Source: Octopus sinensis (lineage: Eukaryota). Taken from it: a DNA stretch of 64,000 bases. The stretch is taken from the NCBI RefSeq assembly GCF_006345805.1, contig NC_043007.1:21514001-21578000 (forward strand), written 5' to 3'. The position numbers were made by a program, and so were the translations under genes. Shown piece after piece: positions 52,040 through 64,000 of this stretch; the stretch's first letter is position 1, and every line of letters starts with the position of its first letter. Under the pieces are notes generated by a model that was not told where the DNA came from, did no database searches, and was given only the letters and a program-made list of their open reading frames with translations.

Positions 52040-52560
52040 ATTGATTTCAAATTTTGGCACAAGGCCAGCAATTCTGGGGAGGTGGGTAAGTCGGCTACAT
52101 TGACCCCCAGCACTCAACTGGTACTTAGCAATCCTGAAAGGGTGAAAAACAAAGTTAACTTCGGTAGGGTTTGAACTCAGAACATAAAACTGATAAAATG
52201 CTGCTAAGCCTGGTGTGCTAATGATTCTGCCAGCTTGTTTGTTTTGTTTGTTTTGTTTTTTAATGTTGCCTGCAGGGCAACTACAGAGAATCGAACCCTG
52301 TAACTCTCAGATACCAGCTGAGCGCTTTGTACCAGAAAGCTAAGCAGCCCCTGGCATATAATAATAATGATAATAATAATCCTTTCTACTAAAGGCACAA
52401 GGCCTGAAATTTTGTGGGGAGGGTACCAATCGATTGCATTGACCCCAGTGTTTCACTGGTGCTTAATTTATTGACCCCAAAAGGATGTAAGGCAAAGTCG
52501 ATCCCTGCAGCATTTGAACTCAAAACATAAAGAGAGATGAAAAACTGCTAAGCATTTCAT
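52040..52560 (-). mobile_element. Two older SINE family A copies
   Basis: Diverged reverse-complement monomers with (AAT)n tails. Confidence 0.7.
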
Positions 52561-53054
52561 CTGAGCATGATCGTTGCCAGAGCAGCTAACTGGCTTCCAT
52601 GCTGGTGGTAAGTGAAAAAACATTTGAGTGAGGTTGTTGCCAGTACCGCCTGACTGGCCCTCATGCCAGTGGCACATAAAAGTACCCGCTGCACTCTCGG
52701 AGTGGTTGGCGTTAGGAAGGGCATCCAACTGTAGAAACTCTGCCAGATCAAGATTGGAGTCTGGTGCAGCCATCTGGTTCGCCAGCCCTCAGTCAAATCA
52801 TCCAACCCATGCTAGCATGGAAAGCGGACGTTAAACGACAATGATGATGATGATGATGATTCCTTTTTCTGGCTACTAGGGCCCAAGATATGGAGAACAA
52901 TATCGAAGGATGAGTTACAGCACACAAAAAATTACGGAAGCAAAAACGTGGGTTTAACATCAATCAAGGGGAGATATTACCACATTAAAGGATGTAACAG
53001 AAGATATATAATAAAAAGTAGAGAAATGAATAATAAATAAATAAATAGAATTCC

Positions 53055-53200
53055 CTGATAGAGCACCTCACTCTCTTCCCTCATCTTCTTCAAGTGATAT
53101 TTGAAGAAATTGATGAGGGCTTGACCAGATAGGAATGTGCCTGTCTTCAAACCTTTCAGATAGGTCCACCACACACAGCTGCTAAGCAGAGAAAGACCTG
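53055..53200 (-). mobile_element. Tx1/L1-like LINE 3-prime fragment
   Basis: Minus-strand translation VWWTYLKGLKTGTFLSGQALINFFKYHLKKMREESEVL resembles the C-terminal end of Tx1-like ORF2 (recognition from memory). Confidence 0.45.
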
Positions 53201-53777
53201 CCTTCCTTCTCTGCTAATGGAAATTATTATTAATATTATTATTATCATTATTATTATTATTATTATTATTATTGAGTGAGAGAGCAGTGCATGCCATCAA
53301 AGTGACACTGGGGTAAAATATATGATAAGGGTGCACCAGGCACATGCATCACAGCCATATGTGCGCGACATGCTGATCTCATATCAAGATAAACAGCACA
53401 TGACCTTGCAGGTGGGGCCCAGTTAGAATTTTCTTCTGGTCGAGTAGCCCATCCCGCTCAAAAGGTCCCTGAATAAGGATTGTTTAAGGATGTTGAACAA
53501 AACACCCATGTTTCCAAATGTGAATTATCCAAACCCCAAAGAATCCCTCTCAACACATGCTATGATGCTCCCCCACTATTTCTGTTCGTCATCAGGGATG
53601 CACATATCATCATCCACTAAGGGACATGCTCAACTGGTTTAGGTCAAACAACTGACAAGAAAATCTGTGGTATTGAGCAGAATATTTGCTGTAGCCCATC
53701 TTTTATACCAAGACAAAACAATGTACATGATAACACTTCCAGAGATCCACTGCCTGGTACTGCATCAGGGCATATTA

Positions 53778-53814
<37 letters not shown>

Positions 53815-54439
53815 CTATGTTTTGCTTTGACATTAGGATTGGGAAAAGCAACCTTGTTTGTAAAAGATTTTGCATCTGGGCTTGCACCCTCTAAGCAAAT
53901 TTCATTCCTGCACTTATGTGTATGTATGTAGATAGATAGATAGGTAGGTAGGTAGGTAAATAGATAGATAGACAGTAATTGTCAGTCAGGATAAACTTGG
54001 ATTTTCAGAAAAAGAAATCAACTGATTTACACATTACAAATACATGTACACACACGCACGCATGTGCGTACGTACGTACATACATACATACATACATACA
54101 TACATGATGGGTTTCTTTAAGTTTCCATACTAAATCCACTCAAGACTTTGGTTGGCCTGGGCTTATATTAGGAGACACTTGCCCAAGATGCTGTGCAGTG
54201 GGAGTGAACCTGAGACCACATGTTTGGAAACTGCACCTACGTGTGTGTGTGTGTGTCTAGATTAGCCATTGTGTAAAACCAGCACATTCTTGTGGTAGTA
54301 ACGCATGTGGAGGTGGGGCACCAGGAAGTCGTTTTTCCCAGTGCCAGATCTACTATACTGCAAAATAGTGCAGCTGAACGAGGAAGGACTTTACAAGAAT
54401 TCATAGAAAATTTCTTGTTTTGTTGTTGTCCTATTTATA

Positions 54440-54970
54440 CTTTTACCCTTTTACTCTTTTACTTGTTTCAGTCATTTGACTGTGGCCACGCTGGAGCACC
54501 GCCGTTTTAGTCGAGCAAATCGACCCCAGGACTTATTCTTTGTAAGCCTGGTACTTATTCTATCAGTCTATTTTGCCGAACCGCTAAGTTACGGGGACTT
54601 AAACACACCAGCATCGGTTGTCAAGCGATGTTGGGGGGGACAAACACCGACACACACACATTGGCCTGCTCGCTTAGCCAGTGGGGTGGCGTCATTTGAA
54701 GGCTAAAACAATGCGAAGCGCATTGTGACCAGCGATGTGTAGCAACATCTGATAGCTTGGTCGGTCACGGTGATCACGGTGATATATATATATATATACA
54801 TATATACGACGGGCTTCTTTCAGTTTCCGTCTACCAAATCCCCTCACAAGGCTTTGGTCGGCCCGTGTCTATAGTAGAAGATACTTGCCCAAGATGCCAC
54901 GCAATGGGACTGAACCCAGAACCATGTGGTTGGTAAGCAAGCTACTTACCACACAGCCACTCCTACGCCT
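54440..54970 (-). mobile_element. SINE family B with a 122-bp insert in its internal microsatellite
   Basis: Family match on both sides of 54661-54782. Confidence 0.9.
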
Positions 54971-56932
54971 ATATAAGAAAATACTTTATTTATAATTGCT
55001 TGTTGCTATTTAGCATTAAATAAAATCTTAAAAAGCAGTTTGTGTTTGATATAGCTGTGAGGTTACAGCGTTAAAGAACACTGAATTTTTTAATCTATTT
55101 CACATTACAATCTCTTAATGCTTTAGAATGTCTTGTTAGTGAGACAATGGAAGGTCGAGGTAATGGTGGGGGGGCAGCACTATTGTTGGTTTGTGCTTAG
55201 GGCATCTGTTGGACTTAATCCGGCCGCCAATGTGTTGTGTCTTTGTGTGTAACATATGTGTATATATGTGTTGTGAGAGTGTGTGTATGATATATAGATA
55301 TGTAGTCTATGCGTATGACTACATGCATTTGTGTGTATGTTTGTGTGTATATAGAGAGAGGGACACATACACTCACATGTGTGTTTAAGCATGTGTATGT
55401 ATGTTTGTATGTGTGTCTAATAAATTGGATTGTTTGATAAAATCGACTATGAATCGACTGTATGTTCGTGTGAACAAGTGTCATAAATGTTTATTTATTC
55501 ACATAAAAGTATATATAAATATACATACATACATATAGTGTTTACATTAATTGTCGTTTACATGTTGATTTTAGCGTATAAATAGGTCTTAAGATGTTTA
55601 GCTTCTTCTCGTATATTTATTACAGATAAAACAAAAAATAAGATCCCATTTTATATATATTTAGCATAGAAGTTGACCTCCGTATACAATAGAGAAAAAA
55701 GTTAGGTTTTATGTACGGGATGCGTATGTATGTTTAAATACACTCGGACACAAGTGCGCGCACACAGACGGTCACACACACACACATACACACTCATATC
55801 TATATACACTCGTTTATTTTATTTATTTACACATTCTTTCTTAGAGGAGTGACTATAAGGAAGTGTGTTGTGACATTGTTAAATCACTCTCCCAATTCCA
55901 TTTCAAACTAATGCAAGCCTGCTAGAATATTTCTGTCTCCATTCACAGATTGTCACCAGATACTTTCCAATATTTAAAAAAAAAAAAACGAAAAAACTTT
56001 TCTCTCTATCGACATCCATCCACATCCACGAACAGTTCTTGTCACAAGAAGGAGAACTTTAACACCACTTCGCTTTAATTTCCACGAGTGTAACGTACAA
56101 AAAGAAAGGAAAAAAAAAAAACGAAATTAACATCTACCACAATCCCGCAAAAAAAAGGTCCCGTTTGTCCCCGACTTTATCGTGCCTTTGCTTCTAAAAT
56201 TCCTGGGTTTTAATCACACTTAAGGTCAACATCACCGGGTTCTGTTCACCAACAGAGAATATCAAAACCTAAGGTAGAATATATTTGTCTTTATTTTCAT
56301 AATCATCTCGTATTGATTTTATTCCAATCCCGTTTATTACTTTTTACAAATTGATTTAAAACAGTAATTGTAATTCTCCATAATAACGCATTCTAATATA
56401 AATTCTATGTTTAATTATTCGTATTTCCAATTTTGTGTATGATGTTTAATTTTAAAAAGTCTTACTGGAACCAAACAGAAAAAAACCCCTAAGTTTCTGC
56501 TTGCTTTGTTTACTTTAATCTATTCATTCTGAGATTTTAGAACTTGTACATTGCCGTACTTACAACCCAAGATCTCATGTGTGTGTGATGCTGTTGTATG
56601 AATGATACACAGGTGTTTACTACATATTTATCAGTCGGTATTCATAGACATTATCGGTGTGTGTGCGTGTACCTAGCGCCAATAACACGAATGTTGTGTC
56701 TGTCTTATAGTCTAAATGCTGTCTAGAAAAAACATGCCTGCTACACGTACTTTCACATATAAATTACTATTTTTATACCTTCATCTCTGACACATTGTAT
56801 ACATGCATCACTGCTCACAAGCGTCAACAGAAATGTAAATGATCGTTCGATACACTGCCTGTTATACGCATCATCGTTTCGTTAATTGCGTTTGGGTGTG
56901 CGCGCACTCGCGAATACCAGTATATTATTTTA

Positions 56933-56990
56933 ATGGATCGGCCTGCAGAAGGAGGTTGTGTCTATGGCCTTCGCAAACCCTCCGAGATCA
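56933..56990 (+). CDS. Candidate alternative first coding exon (MDRPAEGGCVYGLRKPSEI, phase 1)
   Basis: ATG at 56933 after a locally CpG-rich unique stretch (gtgtgcgcgcactcgcg); donor CA|gtaaga at 56991. Confidence 0.3.
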
Positions 56991-58184
56991 GTAAGATCGA
57001 CATAGTTAACATTCCTTTTGAACAGTTGCTATTCGACGACTGCTGAGAAAACATGTACAAAGGGAGAATTTTTAGAGGGTCGACTTTCTGGAAGGAATAA
57101 CTGACCGCAGTGGTTCATATTGGGGGGGGCTAGGTTGGACAGATGATAGATGACGGATTGAGAAGAGATAGGTAAATCGAGAGTATCTTAGGGGAATGTG
57201 ACACGAAATCATTGATCCAGCTTCGAAAAGCAGAAACCGCTGTATCAGTGGTAGAAAAAGGCAGCGGGAAAGATGAGACGGCATATTTGTGGGCTGGAAT
57301 GTGTAAGAGAGAGAGAGAGAGCTTGAGAAGTGTCCATCTTGTCAAACTAATTATTCTACTTACAGGCCCTAGGCCTGAAATTTGGGTGATGGATGAGTGT
57401 TAGTCAATTATATCGACCCCAGTGCTCGGAAAGATGAAAGGCAAAGTCGATCTCGGTGGAACAATGATGATAGTAGTGATAATACTTTTAAAAGGATCAA
57501 AGAGAGCAAAATAACTGTTTTTATTGCCATTTTTCTTTTCTCAGAAAAACAAGATACTAGCTTAAGTTTTTACAATCAAACCTTTTTAATTTGAAATTAA
57601 ATTCATATAAAAATATTTTCTGCATCTGACAATATGTAGCGATTAAGATGGGTTGGGAGGGAATAAGATGTGTAATTTTGTGTAACAAAACTAGGCTTTA
57701 AGACTAATAAAAATAGGGAAGGGAATGTTACAGAAGAATGCTAGAGACCTGAAACATAAGCGAAGGAAACAGGCCTCCCCTTGTGTGTTATAATACGAGC
57801 TTGTAAGTCAATACAAGTGAAACACTCATACACACACTTCTTGTGTTCGTTTTTAGACACTCACATACACAGGCTAACCCTAACGGGCTGCAATTCACAC
57901 GATACACAATGTTGACACTGTTTCCGACTCATTCCTATGATACATATTTTCGCTTATGTACATTCTGATAATTCTTTCTGCTTGCTATAAGCACAAGGCT
58001 CGAAATTTTGCGCCTGGCTGGTGCTTTATTTTATCGACTGCGACAGGATGAAAAAGGTTAAGTCGACCTCGGCGGAAATTGAACTCAGTACGTGAAGCTG
58101 GAAAGAAATGCTGCTAAGCATTTTGTCCAATACTCTAACGATTCTTCCAGCTCGCCACCTTTTGCAAATAGACATGCGTGGTGT

Positions 58185-58729
58185 CATAGGCTCGGGAATA
58201 AGGGGTGCAAATGCACCCTCTAAAATTTTTAGGGGCAATGAAAACGCTTTGAACATCCTCCTGAAAAACTTCATCGGCAAAACGAACAACGAGCGTAGAA
58301 ACATTTCTGGGCTCATTTGAATCATTACTTATCTATTATTGGCCGTTGACAGAATCGTTAGCATGCCGGGCAAAATGCTTAGCGGCATTTCGTCCGTCTT
58401 TATGTTCTGAGTTCAAATTCCGCTGAGGTCGACTTTGTCTTTCATCCTTTCGGGGTCGATAAATTAAGTACCAGTTACGCACTGGGGTCGATATAATCAA
58501 TTTAATCCGTTTGTCTGTCCTTGTTTGTCCCCTCTGTGTTTAGCCCCTTGTGGGTAGTAAAGAAATCGGCATTTCGTCCGTCTTTATGTTCTGAGTTCAA
58601 ATTCCGCTGAGGTCGACTTTGCCTTTTATCCTTCCGGGGTTCATAAAATCAGAACCAGTCGAGTACTGGGATCGATGCAATCGATTTTCTCCTCCCCGAA
58701 ATTGCTGGCCTTGTGCCAAAATTTGAAAC

Positions 58730-58776
<47 letters not shown>

Positions 58777-58887
58777 TACCTGTTTGTTTTGATACTAAAA
58801 TTGGAAAAACTCGACCTTGTTTGTAAAAATTTTTGGACCTGGGCTCACCCTCCCCACCACTAAGTAAATTTCGTTCCCACACTTACG
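58185..58887. mobile_element. hAT-like MITE containing a SINE A dimer
   Basis: Imperfect TIRs cataggctcgggaa / ttcccacacttacg; 8-bp flanks cgtggtgt and tgtggtgt. Confidence 0.6.
58345..58770 (+). mobile_element. SINE family A dimer nested in a hAT-like MITE
   Basis: Dimer junction at ~58565; (ATT)n tail. Confidence 0.85.
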
Positions 58888-59350
58888 TGTGGTGTTGATC
58901 AAGAAATTTCCTCCCACCGGAGCCTCTTCACTCGTAGATAAACCATTTCAAAGACAGACCTATGTAATGGTATACATTTATTTGTAAGCTACTTGTCCAA
59001 TTCAATAATTTTCTGTTCTTTCTCTCTCTCATACAGTAATTAAATTCACTGCTTCTGTTACCGATAACATAGGTTCAGTTCTTATTTGCAATAGCCCAAA
59101 CATCGAATTCTGATTTTTGTTGGTAGCTGTTTCAATGTGAGGACATCCTACACGCAAATATACGACAGGCTTCTCGTCCACCAAATTCCACTCATAAGGT
59201 CCGACACAAAGCTATATTAGAAGATACTTGCTTAAGGAGAAGCAACATGGTCGATTTGATCTCGGAACCACGTAATTGGTTTCTGTTGAATTCCGAAATA
59301 ATTTTCTGGCCCAAACAACGGTACATACGTTCTATAAATAAACAAACATA

Positions 59351-59740
59351 AGGTGCCGAGCTGGCAGAAACGTTAGCACGCCGGGCGAAATCCTTCGTCT
59401 ATCTTTACGTTCTGAGTTCAAATTCCGCCGAGGTCGACTTTGCCTTTCATCCTTTCGGGGTCGATTAAATAAGTACCAGTTATGCACTGGGGTTGATATA
59501 ATCGACTTAATCCGTTTGTCTGTCCTTGTTTGTTCCCTCTCTGTTTAGTCCCTTGTGGGCAGTAAAGAAATAGATATTTCGTCTGTCTTTACATTCTGAG
59601 TTCAAACTCCGCCGAGGTCGACTTTGCCTTTCATCCCTTCGGGGTCGATAAATTAAGTACCAGTTGTGCAGTGGGGTCGATCTAATCGACTGGCACCCTC
59701 CCCCCAAATTTCGGGCCTTGTGCCTAGAGTAGAAAAGAAT
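59351..59740 (+). mobile_element. SINE family A dimer
   Basis: Dimer junction at ~59570. Confidence 0.9.
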
Positions 59741-60076
59741 ACATAAACATACGCGCACGTGTGTGTATTAATACAGATTTCTTAAAAGTAAAATATGTAT
59801 TTGCTGAATAAAGACAAAAAAATCGATATGTTAGTGACTCGGAGTTTCGTCAATATTGGTTCTTCAAATTATCGCTATTCAAACCTGGCTGTTTTGAAAC
59901 TTCGATGTCGCTGACAACTTTTTAATGTAAGTGTATGTATGTGTGTGTGTGAGGCGGGCCCTTTAGTTTGCTGGTTCCTTGGGCTAACCGAATTTCAGCG
60001 CCCTTCGAATATTTTGTTTTAAATTTCAGTGGCAGAGAAGGGGAAAATAAACGAAGAAAATTTTTCTTATAATGCC

Positions 60077-60108
<32 letters not shown>

Positions 60109-61028
60109 TTGGAGAGAGAGCCTATCTGGCAATGATCTGACAGGCAGTTGTGTGGGTGAAAGAAAATCCGAAGGGTATCGTTGATCTCTCTGCAGACGTA
60201 ACGAATCACAAACAACATTCATAATATTTTTGTCTCATTTTATTATTTTTCACTTTTTCCCCCAAACACTACGTGGACGCCCCAAGCGACAGCTCAAGTT
60301 GCAGTACTCTGAGTCGGCCCTCTGTGTGTGTGTGTGAGAGATCAACCCCAGTTCTATAACACAAAAGAGATTTTACACCCTTGTACCAGGTCCTATAGAT
60401 TCTGGTGAAAGATTAATTTACTGTATGCTTTTGTAAAAAGGAAAACAAAACAAAGAACTCCACGGGGATGCCGTCGGATTGAAATCGTTTTTGCTCACTG
60501 CATCGGTTTAAATTTCGTCGGAATCAACTTTGTCTTTCAGTTTTTTCTCTGACATTGATAGAACAGGAAGTTTTGTTTAAGTAACTCATACTAGTGAGTC
60601 TGAAATGCGGTGCCCTACAGATCTTAAAAAATATAATTACTTTTAGAAAATTCCTACTAAAGCTTGAGCGCACGAAACAAAACGTGTTGTTCGTAATTTT
60701 ATTAACATACTAGTATAATTAACAGAATAATTAGGAGTAGTTGAGATGGTTTAATTAAACTCTACCATTATAGGCACAGGCGTGGGTGTGGTTAGAAAGT
60801 TTGCTTCCCAAATCACATGGTTTCGGTTTCAATTCCATCGCGTGACACCTTAGACATATATATGCCTTTTGCTATAGCCCTGGGCCGACCAAAACCGTGT
60901 CAATGGATTTGCCAGAAGGAAATTGAAAGGAGCCCGTTGTGTGTGTATGTGTGTCTTTCTTGACTTGTGATTGTTGTAAATGAATGTTATGCATTTCCAT
61001 GGAATGTACCTCAATAAACTTCATTTGG

Positions 61029-61446
61029 GGATCTTTTCGGTTTGAACGGCAGATTTTTCTAGCGGTGTCATATGAAATTGTCACCCATAATTATGACCCT
61101 AGTATCGATCTATTACATTTCAATCTGTTTTAGGGTTAGGGGTGGGGGGAAGGGTATCTTTTTTTCTTCAGAAATGTAAATAAACCCAATCTGTTTCTTA
61201 AACGAGGGACATATTCATACGGCACAGAATGTTTTTTTTTAACCTCAATAGACGTCATTGATTGGTTGAAATTGCAGAAATTGAAGAAGAAAAAAACAAC
61301 AAATATCTTACAAACCATAGAATTTTCTCAATTAAGCCAAGAGAAAAAGATGTTTTATAAACACATTCTACCAGTATACGAAGTTTAAAAGTGTTTAGTT
61401 ACGAGGAAATTATTTTAAAAAACTGCCGTTCAAACCGAAAAGATCC
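61029..61446. mobile_element. MITE with 24-bp perfect TIRs and 8-bp TSD, Merlin-like
   Basis: TIR GGATCTTTTCGGTTTGAACGGCAG (61029-61052 and 61423-61446 reverse); TSD TCATTTGG at 61021-61028 and 61447-61454. Confidence 0.9.
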
Positions 61447-61519
61447 TCATTTGGTACGTGGAAAATTAAACGTTAAAACAATGGTTATATGAAGTGTACC
61501 CGTAACTTTTATTATTTCT

Positions 61520-61885
61520 CTACTCTTTTACTTGTTTCAGTCATTTGACTGCGGCCATGCTGGAGCACTGCCTTTAGTCGAGCAAATCGACCCCGGGACT
61601 TATTCTTTGTAAGCCCAGTACTTATTCTATTGGTCTCTTTTGCCGAACCGCTAAGTGACGGGGACGTAAACACACCAGCATCGGTTGTCAAGCGATATTG
61701 GGGGGACAAACACAGACACACATACACACACACATATATATATATATACGACAGGCTTCTTTCAGTTTCCGTCTACCAAATCCACTCACAAGGCATTGGT
61801 CAGCCCGAAGCTGTAGCAGAAGACACTTGCTCAAGATGCCACGCAGTGGGCCTGAACCCGGAACCATGTGGTTGGTTAGCAAGCT
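61520..61885 (-). mobile_element. SINE family B
   Basis: Family consensus match. Confidence 0.9.
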
Positions 61886-62409
61886 ATCTCCAAAGCATCG
61901 AGATATCAAAATGATTGGAACTACTAACGTTTTGTTCTCTAGAATTTATTCATTATTCTTATTTTCGATGTGAGCTCACTTATATATTTCCTACATTTTC
62001 TCCAATTGAACAAACTTATAAAAGCATAAAAATCATTTACGCTTCGCTATTGTTTGTTTCCCTGACAATGATTCTCGCCGATGTATTTTGGTTAATCTGT
62101 CTCAGTATCTTTTCGTGTTCCCCTTATTTTTTTTTTTCTGTTTCGAAAAAGCAATCAGCATTACATTGACTGTGTGGGTGGATGGATGTCTCGGATGTTT
62201 TCATCTATCCTTGTTTTGTGTCAGCATCTGTAGGAAAAAAATAACGAGCAACACGGGATAGGATGAGCAAACAACTAACGGATAATGAAAACTGGTATTT
62301 ATCAGCTTTAGCTGTTTTAAATCGGTATAGATTGGCAACAACCATCATACAGGCAAACCTTTAAATATCATTTTCGGTGTTTGATCACAGAGTCAGCCAC
62401 CTACTTAAT

Positions 62410-62628
62410 TTCACTATTACTATTATTATCATCATCATCATCATCATCGTTATCGTTATCATCATCATCATCGTCATCATCGTCATCATCATCATCATTA
62501 TCATCGTTATCATTGTCATCATCATCGTTATTATCATCATCATCATCGTTATCATCATCATCGTCATCATCATTATCATCATCGTTATCATCATCATCAT
62601 CATCATTATCATCATCATCATCATCATC
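62410..62628. repeat. (CAT)n degenerate microsatellite
   Basis: Direct reading. Confidence 0.98.
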
Positions 62629-63750
62629 CCAGATCTGTTTTAAACGAGAATAAATCACGCGCGCCCCCGCGCTTAATTGCGTTAATCCCTTAATGAGAAT
62701 TATGTGACAGCTAATACCTTGAAGCTTATTGTTAGTGTTTATAAGTTCTAGAATCTCAACAAATGGATGTATTCTCGCTCACTCAACAGATTTCTCACGT
62801 TGGTAGGTGTTTTTTTTTTCTTCCTAATTTCTATTCCTTATTATTAACCACGAGTACTCTGCTCTATCCAAAATCCGTCCCCTATCATAGTTCAGGGCCT
62901 CATTGTCTTGGTGATGTTTTTTTATATGAATGTTTTCAAGTTCAGCGAAATAGATGTTAACCTGAAGTTTCGTTGATGACAATATCGTTCAGAAATAGCT
63001 AATTCCGCCATCTCTGTCCCTGACTCTCACCTAATATTTGAACATTTTTCCGCTTTAACTAATACTTGCAGGATTGTTTTATAGCTTTATTTATTGTTTA
63101 GATTACTTATAACCCCCTTACAATTTCTTATATACTCAAAAGGGAACAGGGTTTCTCATATTGCCTGAGTAACTTGCATGTTCAAGAGTTGAGGTTAACT
63201 CAAGACTTCCAGAGAAAGGTTTGGCTGATATTTCTAGCAAGTCGAGCGACTACAGGCAGACTCCCTTCATTGGCTCGTGCTGTTAAAGGGGTGTCATTCT
63301 AAGTTGGTTTTCATTTATTCATATTGTTTGTGGGTTGGAGAGAAACAATAAATGCAGAGAGTAAGCAAGCTGGACATAACTAGGAAGTTCGCATGAATCG
63401 GATGACTAGGTTAAAAGGAAGAGGATCTTACATTAATATTTCTCAGTCTTTTTTGTCCAGTGACCCACTTCGATTTTTCTAAAATGTATGCTGTTTATCA
63501 AAATATAAAGCACACGTATCATCGTTTTAACGTCCATTTTTTCATTTCTGCATGGGTGAGACGGATTTTATTGTGACAGATTTTCTACGGTCGGATGCCC
63601 TTCCTGTCGCCAGCCCTCACCTATTTTCAAACAAGGTAATATTTCCCCATAGCTAGACATGAACGACACTGCTTGTACGATGGTGACAATTGTTTTATCG
63701 TTTTACAACTACCACACGATGTCAAGACAAGGACACATCAACATCTAAAC

Positions 63751-63939
63751 CAGGAATGGGCAACTTTTCGTCAAGTGGGGGCCGCATCGTACCGTTTCTA
63801 AGTGGGAGAGGGCCGCATGCATGAAATATTACTTGCCCACTTTACACTGAATTTTTTGCAGTTCTTCTTAATTTTATTTGTCTTAGAATGAAATTAGTAA
63901 CCTAGAAATTCGTCGAGGGCCGCAGGTTACCCATGCATG
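63751..63939. mobile_element. hAT (Charlie-like) MITE
   Basis: caggaatgggcaac ... gttacccatgcatg termini, gggccgc subterminal motifs, TSD ATCTAAAC at 63743-63750 and 63940-63947. Confidence 0.85.
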
Positions 63940-64000
63940 ATCTAAACACTCACGCGTACGACGAGCTTCCTTTCAGTTTCCGTCAACCAAATCCACTTAC

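Noticed and set aside
57072-57330. Purine-rich segment with short ORFs on both strands
   Set aside because: No identifiable family; probably a degraded retroelement fragment.
62263-62324. ATG AGC AAA CAA... (MSKQLTDNENWYLSALAVLNR) followed by possible GT donors
   Set aside because: The donors are weak and there is no independent support.
62955-62990. Minus-strand CTGAACGA...CGAAAC resembling a hammerhead
   Set aside because: The core spacing is wrong, and stems I and II do not pair convincingly.

Overview
This is AT-rich, repeat-saturated eukaryotic DNA. The tRNA-headed SINE families, the very long (TA)n/(GAT)n/(ATT)n microsatellites and the sparse exons look like an Octopus (coleoid cephalopod) genome; that assignment is my inference from repeat recognition, not a database result. 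Almost all supplied ORFs are translations of microsatellites or SINEs. One coding exon is well supported (+ strand, 44146-44311, ATG at 44153, product unidentified), with a few weak candidate exons elsewhere, so the window is mostly intronic or intergenic. Mobile content: four abundant SINE families (my labels A-D), fragments of CR1-, RTE- and Tx1/L1-type LINEs, Helentron-associated (HINE-like) elements, and piggyBac-, hAT- and Merlin-like MITEs with visible TIRs and TSDs. Most notable: (1) a ~62% GC, CpG-dense 230-bp segment bounded by perfect 24-bp direct repeats (44408-44431 and 44662-44685) that interrupts an old SINE ~90 bp downstream of the coding exon and matches nothing else in the window; (2) several unrelated short elements, mostly beside (TA)n tracts, each carrying a minimal type-I hammerhead-ribozyme-like fold of the kind known from Penelope-like elements and retrozymes; (3) recurrent fold-back inversions and a 1.17-kb tandem duplication whose breakpoints fall in TA microsatellites.
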